This document shows positions 46,147-54,965 of a stretch of 64,000 nucleotides of DNA, one piece after another. Source of the stretch: Candidatus Micrarchaeota archaeon (lineage in GTDB: Archaea > Micrarchaeota > Micrarchaeia > Micrarchaeales > CABMGC01). The stretch lies in NCBI GenBank assembly GCA_021792095.1, contig JAJYVH010000001.1, positions 125,974 through 189,973 on the forward strand, given 5' to 3'. The notes beneath the pieces were generated by a model that saw only the letters and a program-made list of their open reading frames with translations, made no database searches and was not told the DNA's origin. The translations under genes and the position numbers were made by a program. Each line of letters opens with the position of its first letter. Positions within the stretch are counted from its first letter, which is position 1.

Positions 46147-46563
46147 ATGCCAAATAGAACTGTATTGAACAAATACGGCCTATTTGTGTCGCAAGTACAC
46201 AAGGTGCTCAAGAAGAAGGAACTTGACAGCTCGGACATGCACATTGTGGAGATGGCCAAGCTCGTTGCGATGCTCTCCTCACGCTCGTGGCGCACCTTCA
46301 AGTACCTCCACAACGGGGACGACTTCAACAAGGATGCCATAAAGGTGGAGATAGAAGCTGCCTGCAAGGGGGGCTGGAAGGAAATAAACGAGAACGACAT
46401 AAAGGAGGTGCTCACGCTTCCCGTGGGCGAGCACTCTTTCTCCATGCTGCTCACTTGCTTCCCGGAGAAGATTGAGCGGAGGACGCTGAAGGAGATGTTC
46501 TCTGAGCTCGAGAGCGACTTCGTTGACGGCATAGAGCCCCTGGAGAGCAGGGAGATGGAATAG
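46147..46563 (+). CDS. Hypothetical protein
   Basis: ORF with host-like codon usage in its 3' part; start uncertain. Confidence 0.6.
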   Translation: MPNRTVLNKYGLFVSQVHKVLKKKELDSSDMHIVEMAKLVAMLSSRSWRTFKYLHNGDDFNKDAIKVEIEAACKGGWKEINENDIKEVLTLPVGEHSFSMLLTCFPEKIERRTLKEMFSELESDFVDGIEPLESREME

Positions 46564-46613
46564 GCGTTCGGCAAGCGCTCAGCCTAATATTACTTGCAGA
46601 TGAAGCAATAGCA

Positions 46614-46688
46614 GGGCATGTGGCGCAACTTGGATAGCGCACCTGGCTTCGGACCAGGGGGTTGCGGGTCCAAATCCCGTCATGCCCG
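46614..46688 (+). tRNA. tRNA-Arg(TCG)
   Basis: GGGCATG TG GCGC..GCGC A CCTGG CTTCGGA CCAGG GGGTT GCGGG TCCAAAT CCCGT CATGCCC G. Confidence 0.92.
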
Positions 46689-46728
46689 CTTTTATTTTAT
46701 CACTGCAATGTTTGGGCCTCCGCCCGCA

Positions 46729-47274
46729 TCAGTTCCTCTTTGCGCTTGCCACTGCCCTTTCGCTGCCTCTGGCTGCGGTACCATCCATCGCTACACGGTA
46801 GTAGCCCTCCCTGAATTCCTCTATGCCCAGCTTGCGCGCGTCTCCGGAACCGATCTCCAGGTGCACACGTTCGTGCTGCTCAAAGAACTCGGTGTTGAAA
46901 AGCAGAGTAGCCCCTATCAGTTTCTTGTTCAACCTCATTGCTGCCTTTTGGCCCTCCAACAGCGTACTCACCTCTGCAGGCATCCTTCTCTTCTCCGCAA
47001 GGAAGGTCGGATTCCCGGACTCGCCAGGCACCACCACCTTGAAGACGGTCTCCCTGCCAGGATACACGCTCACGAGTATCTCGTATGCGTCCACGAATAC
47101 GTACAGGGGTTGCGTGCTGCCGTCTTTCATCGCGGAATTAAGCACGGCTGCGGCATCCTTGGAAAGGTAGAACAGCTGCCTGTACGACATTCCCTGCGGC
47201 AGCTCGCTCCTATCGTCCACCCTGACAAGCGATCGCGTGTCTGGCTCTGCGTTCCTGGTGGCCTTAATCCTCAT
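46729..47274 (-). CDS. Hypothetical protein
   Basis: 181-aa ORF convergent on the tRNA-Arg 3' end; no motif. Confidence 0.6.
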   Translation of the reverse strand: MRIKATRNAEPDTRSLVRVDDRSELPQGMSYRQLFYLSKDAAAVLNSAMKDGSTQPLYVFVDAYEILVSVYPGRETVFKVVVPGESGNPTFLAEKRRMPAEVSTLLEGQKAAMRLNKKLIGATLLFNTEFFEQHERVHLEIGSGDARKLGIEEFREGYYRVAMDGTAARGSERAVASAKRN

Positions 47275-47417
47275 CTGCCCACACCCCGATACATGCGCCG
47301 AACCCCTTAATTAACATTGATTTTGTGCACAGGAGAAGGGCCCCATGAGCCGCCCTCCGGCACCCGAAACGCTTATCTAGGCGCAAGGGCGAATCGTCTA
47401 ATCGTCGGGTAGCGGAC

Positions 47418-48473
47418 ATGAGATCGATAGAGTACAGGCAGCTTGCGAGCATACTGGGCTTCTTCCTCATAGTGCAGCTCGCCGGCGTGCTCATCGCCTT
47501 CGGCCTGATAACGCCTGGCGTGGTGCAGCCAGCTGCCGCGGCCGGCGGCGGCCTCTCGGGCCAGGTGTTCATCTACTTCGCGTACCTCGTTGCGGCCGCG
47601 GTGGTGCTGGTGCTCCTGTTCCGCTCCAGGCACGGGCCGGTGCTCTTCAAGGGCATGGAGGCGATAGTGGTCGGCATCGCCTCGTTCTACCTGTTCCTGA
47701 TCGTGCTCTCCTTCGCGTTCCCGGGCAGCGTTGCGCTGCCGGTGGGCATCGCCGCTCTTGGCGCGGTCGCGCTGGTCGCTGGCAAAAACAAGTGGCCGTG
47801 GCTCAGGAACACCGCTGCCATAATATCCAGCATAGGCGTGGGCCTCGTGCTCGGCCTCTTCTTCAGCTTCATAGCAGCGTTCGTGCTGATGGCGCTCGTG
47901 GCAGCCTACGACTACATAGCCGTCTTCGTCACGAGGCACATGCTCACCCTCGCCAAGGCCAGCATACAGGGCAACACGGCGCTCATGGTCGGAAGCTATG
48001 AGGTGGAGCTCGTGCCAAGGGGCTCCGTCAGGAAGGCCGAGGCGTCCAGGATGCTGAGCCTCTTCAAGGGCACGAAGAACGAGGAGCTCAGGAAGCTCGT
48101 GAAACGCGGCGGCATACCGCTGCCCTCGCTCTCCGCCCTCGGGGCCGGGGACCTTGCGATACCGCTCATGCTCGCGGTCAGCGCATACATGACATACTTC
48201 AGCTACTTCTTCAGCGTCGTGCTCGTCGCCTCTACTTGCTTTGGCCTGGTCTTCGCCATGTACGTGTCTAAGCGATGGGGCACCGCCCTGCCGGCCATAC
48301 CCCCGCTCTTCTCGGCCGCGTGCGTGGGCCTGGGCGCATATACGCTCTCCACGAGCGCCCCGGATTGGCAGCTCGCAGCGCTGCTCTTCGTTGCCGCTGC
48401 TGCGATACTTGCGCTGATGCTCGTCACCGTGATACGCAGGAGCAGGAAGGGGCTGAGCGCAAGGATAGAGTGA
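47418..48473 (+). CDS. Presenilin/signal-peptide-peptidase family intramembrane aspartyl protease (A22)
   Basis: YDYIAVF (YD), LGAGDL (GxGD), LPAIP (PAL-like), many TM segments. Confidence 0.92.
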   Translation: MRSIEYRQLASILGFFLIVQLAGVLIAFGLITPGVVQPAAAAGGGLSGQVFIYFAYLVAAAVVLVLLFRSRHGPVLFKGMEAIVVGIASFYLFLIVLSFAFPGSVALPVGIAALGAVALVAGKNKWPWLRNTAAIISSIGVGLVLGLFFSFIAAFVLMALVAAYDYIAVFVTRHMLTLAKASIQGNTALMVGSYEVELVPRGSVRKAEASRMLSLFKGTKNEELRKLVKRGGIPLPSLSALGAGDLAIPLMLAVSAYMTYFSYFFSVVLVASTCFGLVFAMYVSKRWGTALPAIPPLFSAACVGLGAYTLSTSAPDWQLAALLFVAAAAILALMLVTVIRRSRKGLSARIE

Positions 48474-49172
48474 TCACTCCTCCCTGTCGACGCGCACCCT
48501 GAACTTCTCCTTCACAAGGACCTGGCCCCTGCCCTTGCAGACGTGGCACACCTTCTCGTGCACCACGCCCGCGCCTCCGCACCTGGCGCACGGGCCCGTC
48601 ATCATGAAGAAAGAGGGAAAGCCGAAGGCAGAGTTGGAGCCGCCCCTGTGGACCATCCCTGTGCCGTTGCACTCCGGGCACTTCATGTCCTTGTAGCCAG
48701 GCTCCCCGCCCCTGCCCTTGCAGTTGTCGCAGCGCTTGTAGTACTGCACCACTATGGTCTTGTTGACGCCTTTCTCTAGATCCGCCAGGGGTATGTTGAG
48801 GTTCAGCTGTTGCTGCCTGTAAGCGTCGGCTCGCTGCTGCTGGCCGCCGAACATCTGCTCGAAGCCGCCTATATCGGACATGTTCATGCCGAAGCTGCGC
48901 AGTATGCTCTCGAAGTCGAAGTTGCGGAATATGTCGTCCTCGCTGAACCTCTGGTTGAATGCCCCTGGGCCCATCATGTCGTACTGCTGCCTCTTCTGCG
49001 GGTCGCCCAGCACAGCGTACGCCTCGTTTATCTCGCGCATGCGCACCTGCGCCTTGGGGTCCGGGTTCCTGTCAGGATGAAAACGGAGCACCAGACTCCT
49101 GTAGGCGTCCTTTATCTGGGCCTCGCTCGCGTTTTTTGGGACCCCCAACGTACTATAGTAATCTGCTGTCAT
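48474..49172 (-). CDS. dnaJ: DnaJ chaperone, short form
   Basis: DYY..LGV, HPD, EINEAY.VL.D, four CxxCxGxG repeats; ends shortly after the zinc finger. Confidence 0.92.
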   Translation of the reverse strand: MTADYYSTLGVPKNASEAQIKDAYRSLVLRFHPDRNPDPKAQVRMREINEAYAVLGDPQKRQQYDMMGPGAFNQRFSEDDIFRNFDFESILRSFGMNMSDIGGFEQMFGGQQQRADAYRQQQLNLNIPLADLEKGVNKTIVVQYYKRCDNCKGRGGEPGYKDMKCPECNGTGMVHRGGSNSAFGFPSFFMMTGPCARCGGAGVVHEKVCHVCKGRGQVLVKEKFRVRVDREE

Positions 49173-49193
49173 CGTTCACCGCTTGCTTCGCAT

Positions 49194-51056
49194 TCAGCCC
49201 CTGAAGTTCGCGTCCGCGCTGTCACCTGCGCCGCCCTGCCCCTCGGGCCCGGGACCCTGGTCCGGACCAGGCTCAGGCCCCTGCCCTCCCTGCCCCTGCT
49301 GGCCGTTGCCGTAGACGCTGGAGCCTATCTGTTGGAGCACGCTCTTGAGATTGTCTAGCTTCTCCTTTATGGCGTCGCTGTCGTCCTTGCCCAGGGCGTC
49401 GTTGAGCTCGTTCTTCGCCTGCTCCACTCGCTCCGCCACGTCCTTGGGTATCTTGCCCGCGTTGTCCTTCAGCGTCTTCTCGGTGGTGTAGACCATCGAC
49501 TCGGCCTCGTTCCTCGACTGCACGCGCTCCAGCGCTTCCTTGTCCTGCGCGGCGTACTCCTCGGCCTCCTTGACCTTCTTGTCTATGTCGTCCCTGCCCA
49601 TCTTGTTGGGCGCAACCACCTGCATGCCCTGCTCCTTGCCAGTCTTCTGGTCCTTGGCGCTCACGTGCAGTATGCCGTTGGCGTCTATGTCGAAGGTGAC
49701 GTCTATCTGCGGAACGCCCCTCGGCGCGGGCAGTATGCCAGTAAGGCTGAACTTGCCGAGGCTGACGTTGTCCTTGGCCATCGGCCTCTCGCCCTGGAGT
49801 ATGTTTATGTCCACAGCGGGCTGGCTGTCCGCGGCAGTGCTGAACACCTGGGATTTCCTTATGGGCACGGTGGTGTTCCTCGGGATGAGCACTGTGGACA
49901 CGCCGCCCAGCGTCTCTATGCCAAGAGAGAGCGGGGTCACATCGAGAAGCACCAGGTCCTTGACCTCGCCAGTGAGCACGCCTGCCTGCACCGCGGCCCC
50001 GAAAGCCACGGCCTCCATCGGGTCCACGCCACGCTCTATCTTCTTGCCGTAGAGCTGCTCCACATAGCGCTGCACTATGGGCATGCGCGTGGGGCCTCCG
50101 ACGAGTATAACCTTGTCTATGCTGCTTGGCTCCAGCTTCGCGTCCTTGAGCGCCTGCTGCATCGGTTTCAGGGTGCGCTCCACTATCGGTATTACGAGTT
50201 CCTCGAGTTTTGCCCTAGTAAGCGAGTAGCTGAAGTTCACCGGCTTACCGTCCACCATGCCCAGGAAGGGCAGGCTTATTTCGCTCGTGAGCGTGGTGGA
50301 CAGCTCTATCTTGGCCCGCTCTGCCGCTTCGCGGACTCTCTGCAGCGCCTGGGCATCCCTGCTTATATCAAGATTGTGCTTCTTCCTTATCTCAGCCTTA
50401 AGGAAGTCGACTAGCGTGTTGTCCATGTCTGTTCCTCCGAGCTGCGTGTCACCGCTGGTTGACTTGACCTCGAATACACCATCCCCGAACTCCATTATGG
50501 TCACGTCAAGGGTTCCGCCCCCAAAGTCATAGACCATTATCTTCTGCTCCTTGCCTGCCTTGTCAAGTCCGTAGGCAAGGCACGCGGCCGTGGGCTCGTT
50601 GACCAGCCTTATCACCTTGAGCCCGGCTATCTCTCCGGCGTCTTTTGTCGCCTGGCGCTGGTTGTCATTGAAGTAGGCGGGTACCGTTATCACAATCTCG
50701 TTAATCTCCTCACCAAGAAACGCCTCTGCATCGTGCTTTATCTTCTGAAGCAGGATTGCAGACAGTTCCTGCGGTGTGTACTCCTTCCCGAACATCTTAT
50801 ACTTGAAAGTAGTCCCCATCTTCCTCTTGAAAGCCGCGGCGGTTCCTTCCGGGTTCGCGACCGCCTGCCTTCTTGCCGGCTCGCCAACTATGCGCTGCCC
50901 ATCTTTTGTGAAAGCGACGTAGCTAGGAAAAGACTTGCCATATAACGAGGTGCCTTCGGCACTAGGTATGAGCACTGGTCTACCTCCTTGCAGTATCGCT
51001 GCTGCAGAGTTCGAAGTTCCCAAATCCACGCCCAAAACTTTTTTATTTGTCATCAT
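49194..51056 (-). CDS. dnaK: Chaperone DnaK (Hsp70)
   Basis: [39 protein letters not shown]. Confidence 0.98.
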   Translation of the reverse strand: MMTNKKVLGVDLGTSNSAAAILQGGRPVLIPSAEGTSLYGKSFPSYVAFTKDGQRIVGEPARRQAVANPEGTAAAFKRKMGTTFKYKMFGKEYTPQELSAILLQKIKHDAEAFLGEEINEIVITVPAYFNDNQRQATKDAGEIAGLKVIRLVNEPTAACLAYGLDKAGKEQKIMVYDFGGGTLDVTIMEFGDGVFEVKSTSGDTQLGGTDMDNTLVDFLKAEIRKKHNLDISRDAQALQRVREAAERAKIELSTTLTSEISLPFLGMVDGKPVNFSYSLTRAKLEELVIPIVERTLKPMQQALKDAKLEPSSIDKVILVGGPTRMPIVQRYVEQLYGKKIERGVDPMEAVAFGAAVQAGVLTGEVKDLVLLDVTPLSLGIETLGGVSTVLIPRNTTVPIRKSQVFSTAADSQPAVDINILQGERPMAKDNVSLGKFSLTGILPAPRGVPQIDVTFDIDANGILHVSAKDQKTGKEQGMQVVAPNKMGRDDIDKKVKEAEEYAAQDKEALERVQSRNEAESMVYTTEKTLKDNAGKIPKDVAERVEQAKNELNDALGKDDSDAIKEKLDNLKSVLQQIGSSVYGNGQQGQGGQGPEPGPDQGPGPEGQGGAGDSADANFRG

Positions 51057-51984
51057 TCTCAACCCTTGTTTTACTCATGATTTCCATCACAGCATCTCTC
51101 TTTTTAGAGTGGTGCATGTGCGTCCCTATTAGTTTAACCCATACGCCCCACGATTGTTTATGAATATTTATTCTCAGTAAAGTTTTAGTTGATTTGATTA
51201 CGCGCCCGTTAAGAAGATAGGGGTTATCTCTAGTTGGTCGCTCAAGTGTTGAAAATTTGATATTATTTCTATTTAAGAAATCAGAGATACGTTCCATCAA
51301 GCGTTTGTTTGTATTGCACAGATAAATATGGTAATAATTGCCTTGTTTCCTTACTGTCCCTTCTGCGTCCCAAAACGCAGCGATAAATTCTTTTGCCAAT
51401 TTTTCATGTTTGAAGATATAATCGAGAGTTGCTTCGTTGGGTTCTTTGTTTTTCTTTATCAAATTTGCAATTGCAACACTCGATAGTCGTAATCTCCATA
51501 GGCCATTGGGGCGTCTGTCTTCCGTTACCACTCCGTGATTTTTCAGTATTTTATTCAGGTTTTGATATAGCTTAGAATCTTTATTGAAGACCTCTACCAT
51601 GTAAGTTTGTACTGCTCCATCGCCTAAAGCGAACCCTATCAAATAAGCCAAATCTGGAGAAATCCGCACAGTTACTTGTTTTGCCAGAATTTTCCCATTT
51701 TTAACAATACGTTCGCTGTGCCTATCCCCCGCCCTCGCATAAATTTTAACGTGCCAACGCATGTCAGACGGTACGTTGAAAGATTCAAACCAACGCGCCA
51801 ACGTTGAATCTGGGACGCCAATCATCGCTTCTATTTCTTTTATAGTGTATTTTGGATAAAGAGCGAGCAGAAGTCTTTGAAGGCGTTTCGCACCAAACTC
51901 ATTCTTAATTGTCTGGAAATTGCCATGTTGCCTGACTCCATTCATTTCTGCAAGAGATTGGATTGCATTTTTTTCAGAAATCAT
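51043..51984 (-). mobile_element. Free-standing LAGLIDADG homing endonuclease gene (N-terminal HTH-like segment) between grpE and dnaK
   Basis: LAYLIGFALGDG and FIAAFWDAEG motifs; TIKEIEAMIGVPDSTLARWF HTH; strongly AT-rich (16/60 GC at 51241..51300). Confidence 0.88.
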
Positions 51985-52520
51985 TTAATCTCACCTTCCT
52001 TCTTTTCCTCTTTTGAAGTGTTACTCTTTGAGACTATCACGGCACTAGGCCTGAGCAGCATGTTATTGAAGGTATAACCCTTGCGCACAACCTCTATTAC
52101 GGTTCCTTCGGGCTCCCTGCTTTCCCTGGTCATCACCACCTCGTGCCTGTACGGGTCGTACTTGCCCTTGGCATCTATCTCCTTCATGCCGGCGCCCTTC
52201 AGCGCGCCAAGTATGTTGGAGAAGACAAGCTCTATGCCCTTTATGTGATCCTCCTTCTCTGATGCGTTGAAGGCGGAGAGCGCGAGCTCGAACTCGTCCA
52301 GGGCCGGGAGCAGCGCCTTCGCCAGCTCTGCCTTGCCGAGGCCCTTAGCGTTGCTTACCTCCTCCAGGGAGCGTTTCTTGTAGTTGTCGAACTCAGCGGC
52401 CAGCCTTAGCAGGCGGTCCTTCAGCTCGTCGGCCTCGTCCCGCTTGACTTCCTGGGGCTGCTTGGTCTCGCCTTCCTGCCGCTTGTCCTGGCCCTCCTTC
52501 TTCTCATCTTCCTCTGCCAT
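51981..52520 (-). CDS. grpE: Nucleotide exchange factor GrpE
   Basis: LRLAAEFDNYKKR, LLPALD, YDPYRHE, KGY.....LRP..V.V. Confidence 0.97.
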   Translation of the reverse strand: MAEEDEKKEGQDKRQEGETKQPQEVKRDEADELKDRLLRLAAEFDNYKKRSLEEVSNAKGLGKAELAKALLPALDEFELALSAFNASEKEDHIKGIELVFSNILGALKGAGMKEIDAKGKYDPYRHEVVMTRESREPEGTVIEVVRKGYTFNNMLLRPSAVIVSKSNTSKEEKKEGEIK

Positions 52521-52923
52521 AAATCTCATCCTCTATAAGCTCGTCGAGCTTGCTCGCGAACTGCATCATGCGGTTGAACTCGGCCAACATCTCAGCCTGG
52601 AGCTCCTGGATAGTGCTCTCGAAGTCGCTCGCTCGCAGGAAGTACTCCCTGCCCTTCCTCACCACCAGCCCGCAGTCTATGAACTTGTTCAGGTTGTAGA
52701 TCACAGTGCTGAGCGGCACCTTCAGCGACCTGCTTATGCTTTTGCTGCTCGTTCCAGCGCCCTTGAGGCTGTTGCTCACTATCAGCTGGAACATCTTCCG
52801 CTCCGGCCCGTCTCCCTTGCCCGCCAGGCCGAAGGTGTCGAAGAACCAGTCTGTCAGCGCCGGCGCGCTCTCCACGCTGGGCTTCGTGACAGTCTTCACC
52901 ACTATCTTCTCTGCCTTTGGCAT
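52504..52923 (-). CDS. Winged-helix transcriptional regulator heading the grpE-dnaK-dnaJ operon
   Basis: SSKSISRSLKVPLSTVIYNLNKFIDCGLVVRKGREYFL; overlaps the grpE start. Confidence 0.85.
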   Translation of the reverse strand: MPKAEKIVVKTVTKPSVESAPALTDWFFDTFGLAGKGDGPERKMFQLIVSNSLKGAGTSSKSISRSLKVPLSTVIYNLNKFIDCGLVVRKGREYFLRASDFESTIQELQAEMLAEFNRMMQFASKLDELIEDEIYGRGR

Positions 52924-52934
52924 ATTTTAAGATA

Positions 52935-53001
52935 TAGTTAGAACTAATATAAAAATATTTGCTTCATTTCAACAAATTGTTAGAAATAACAAGTCTGTTA
53001 G
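52935..53001. promoter_or_regulatory. Cluster of TAAC/GTTAG palindromes, putative heat-shock repressor operator
   Basis: TAGTT-ag-AACTA (52935..52946), tcAAC-N5-GTTAG (52969..52983), TTGTTA-gaaa-TAACAA (52977..52992), TAACA-agtc-TGTTA (52987..53000). Confidence 0.6.
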
Positions 53002-53098
53002 GTACTGCCGCCTTTATAATACGGGCGCGTGTGCGCACGCAGCCAAGCAATAATGCCAAGTTATATTAATAGCCCAAGAAAAGCAGTACTGTGAGGAT

Positions 53099-53986
53099 AT
53101 GGCATCGGAAAGCGTCAGGAACGCTGGTGTCGGTGAACAGGGGCGCATAACAATCCTGCCATACAGTGCACTTCCGAGCGAGGCCAAAATAATCGCCCGC
53201 CACGAAGGCGGAAGCGTGCCGACTATTTCGCAGTACCTTTTCGCCTGGTGCAATCAGGAAGTGTTCGAGCACGACGCCCTCGGCCACATTTTTCCCGCCC
53301 AAGACAAGAGGGGCCAAGGCTTTAGCGGAAAGGGCGTGGTGCAGGACTACAACGTTGTAAAATACAGAGGCGACTGGGATTCGGTGCCTAACAAGTACAA
53401 AGTAAACGTGGATTCCTCCGTGGGGAACCAGGTGTCCATAGGCTTCTTCGAAGACATGGTGCGGATAGAAGTAAGCTTCGGCATCTTTGAGACGCTGCAA
53501 AGCGTTGCCGTGATAAAGCATGACGACGCAGGATACGAGACCTCGAGCATAAACAGGGTAAACGCGATTTTGCGCAGCATGCGCTGGAGGGAGACAGAAG
53601 CATGGCTCTATGACGGCCTGGCGCTGCCGATCGAGCACCTGTGGAACAAGAGCGCGAAAACAAAAGAGGAAAGGGACAACGTTCTAAGGATAGGCAAGGA
53701 GGAGCTCTACAAAGAGTTCAAGAACATGAAACGGGAGGATGCGTTTGCCTGGCTGGTCTCCCTGCTGCCTTACCCCGAAAACAGCATAGAAAAGTATTTT
53801 GGCGTGGACGTCAGCGGCCTAACCTCAAAGGTGTTCGAGGCGAAGATACTGCCCAACATCCAGGCGGCCGGTGGTTACACTCCAGGTCTGGCGTTCATAG
53901 ACGCCAAAATCCCTGTGGACAACGACGAGGGCAAGGACGCTGCAAAGGAAGTTGTAGAAAGGATAGCTGAGGTTTTGAGGGAATAA
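53099..53986 (+). CDS. Hypothetical protein
   Basis: 295-aa ORF; no recognisable motif. Confidence 0.7.
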   Translation: MASESVRNAGVGEQGRITILPYSALPSEAKIIARHEGGSVPTISQYLFAWCNQEVFEHDALGHIFPAQDKRGQGFSGKGVVQDYNVVKYRGDWDSVPNKYKVNVDSSVGNQVSIGFFEDMVRIEVSFGIFETLQSVAVIKHDDAGYETSSINRVNAILRSMRWRETEAWLYDGLALPIEHLWNKSAKTKEERDNVLRIGKEELYKEFKNMKREDAFAWLVSLLPYPENSIEKYFGVDVSGLTSKVFEAKILPNIQAAGGYTPGLAFIDAKIPVDNDEGKDAAKEVVERIAEVLRE

Positions 53987-54066
53987 AGGGAGCAGGCAAA
54001 AGCGCACAGCACGCCGAAACACAAACATCGTGAGAGCCTAACAGCAAAAACAACGAAAACAATAGC

Positions 54067-54591
54067 CTACGGACTCGCCAGGTTACGATCATTATCGGCC
54101 ACTTCTAAGCCTTTCAGCACCTTTCTAGTGTTACCGACTATGCTTATAAGCCCTCGGTTGCCGGCTTTTTTGAACCCGAGCGATCTGTACCATTTGAGCG
54201 GGTAGTCCCAACTGAACACAAAAGGCTCCCAAACAATTGCATTATGTTTTTTAATGCTGCGCGCGAGCACCCGTTCCATTAGCATTGAGCCTATCCCGCG
54301 TTTCTGGTAGCCTGGATGCACGAATATCTCTCCCTCGATAAGATGGTTCCCGTCCCAGTACGGCTTGAGCACCACAAAGAAGCCTCCGACAATCTTGCCT
54401 TTGTATTCGGCAAGATACGCCAAATCGGGCGTGCTTTTCAGGTACCACCCGAGCATCTTCTGCGCAGCCGGCGCGCTCCAGCGTTCGCCAACATCATGCT
54501 TCCTGTATATTTGGGCATAAACCCTACTAAGCTCCAGGAGGTCGCGTTTGCGCACTTTTCGTATCTTCAGCCCTTCCACAAAATCAGTCAT
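54067..54591 (-). CDS. GNAT-family N-acetyltransferase
   Basis: EIFVHPGYQKRGIGS (motif A), WYRSLGF; ATG at 54591. Confidence 0.9.
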   Translation of the reverse strand: MTDFVEGLKIRKVRKRDLLELSRVYAQIYRKHDVGERWSAPAAQKMLGWYLKSTPDLAYLAEYKGKIVGGFFVVLKPYWDGNHLIEGEIFVHPGYQKRGIGSMLMERVLARSIKKHNAIVWEPFVFSWDYPLKWYRSLGFKKAGNRGLISIVGNTRKVLKGLEVADNDRNLASP

Positions 54592-54594
54592 TCG

Positions 54595-54666
54595 TGGACT
54601 CTGCGGGATTCGAACCCGCAACCTCCTGCATGCCATGCAGGCGCGCTACCGTTGCGCCAAGAGCCC
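54595..54666 (-). tRNA. tRNA-Ala(GGC)
   Basis: GGGCTCT...CCTGC ATGGCAT GCAGG...GCGGG TTCGAAT CCCGC AGAGTCC A, with the G3:U70 identity pair. Confidence 0.95.
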
Positions 54667-54711
54667 AACGGTAAAACTAGCCGCTCTAGGTTTAAATGCT
54701 CTTCTGAAATG

Positions 54712-54939
54712 CTACACCGGGCTCACGAAGAGTATGTTTCCGCCCCTGAGCAGTATGGTGCCGAGCTTGGACCTCGGAGCGCCGTCGTCCCCGAGCTCCT
54801 CGGCCTCGTCGAGCACTATGTTCATGTGCGCGTCGAACGAGGAGACGGTGCCCCTTATGCCGTCGCCGCTCTTCAGCCTTATCAGTACCTTCTTCCCTAT
54901 CGTCTTGTTCAGCAGGTCGAAAGGCCTCTCTTGCTGCAT
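54712..54939 (-). CDS. Sm-like (Lsm/SmAP) protein
   Basis: RPFDLL, G...SFDAHMNIVL, LLRGGNI. Confidence 0.95.
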   Translation of the reverse strand: MQQERPFDLLNKTIGKKVLIRLKSGDGIRGTVSSFDAHMNIVLDEAEELGDDGAPRSKLGTILLRGGNILFVSPV

Positions 54940-54965
54940 CAAACCAACCAATAAAAACGCAAACG

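Noticed and set aside
51043-51984. LAGLIDADG ORF as an intein or intron of dnaK/grpE
   Set aside because: It has its own start and stop, has no Hint blocks, and both flanking genes are complete without splicing; no convincing BHB or group I core was seen.
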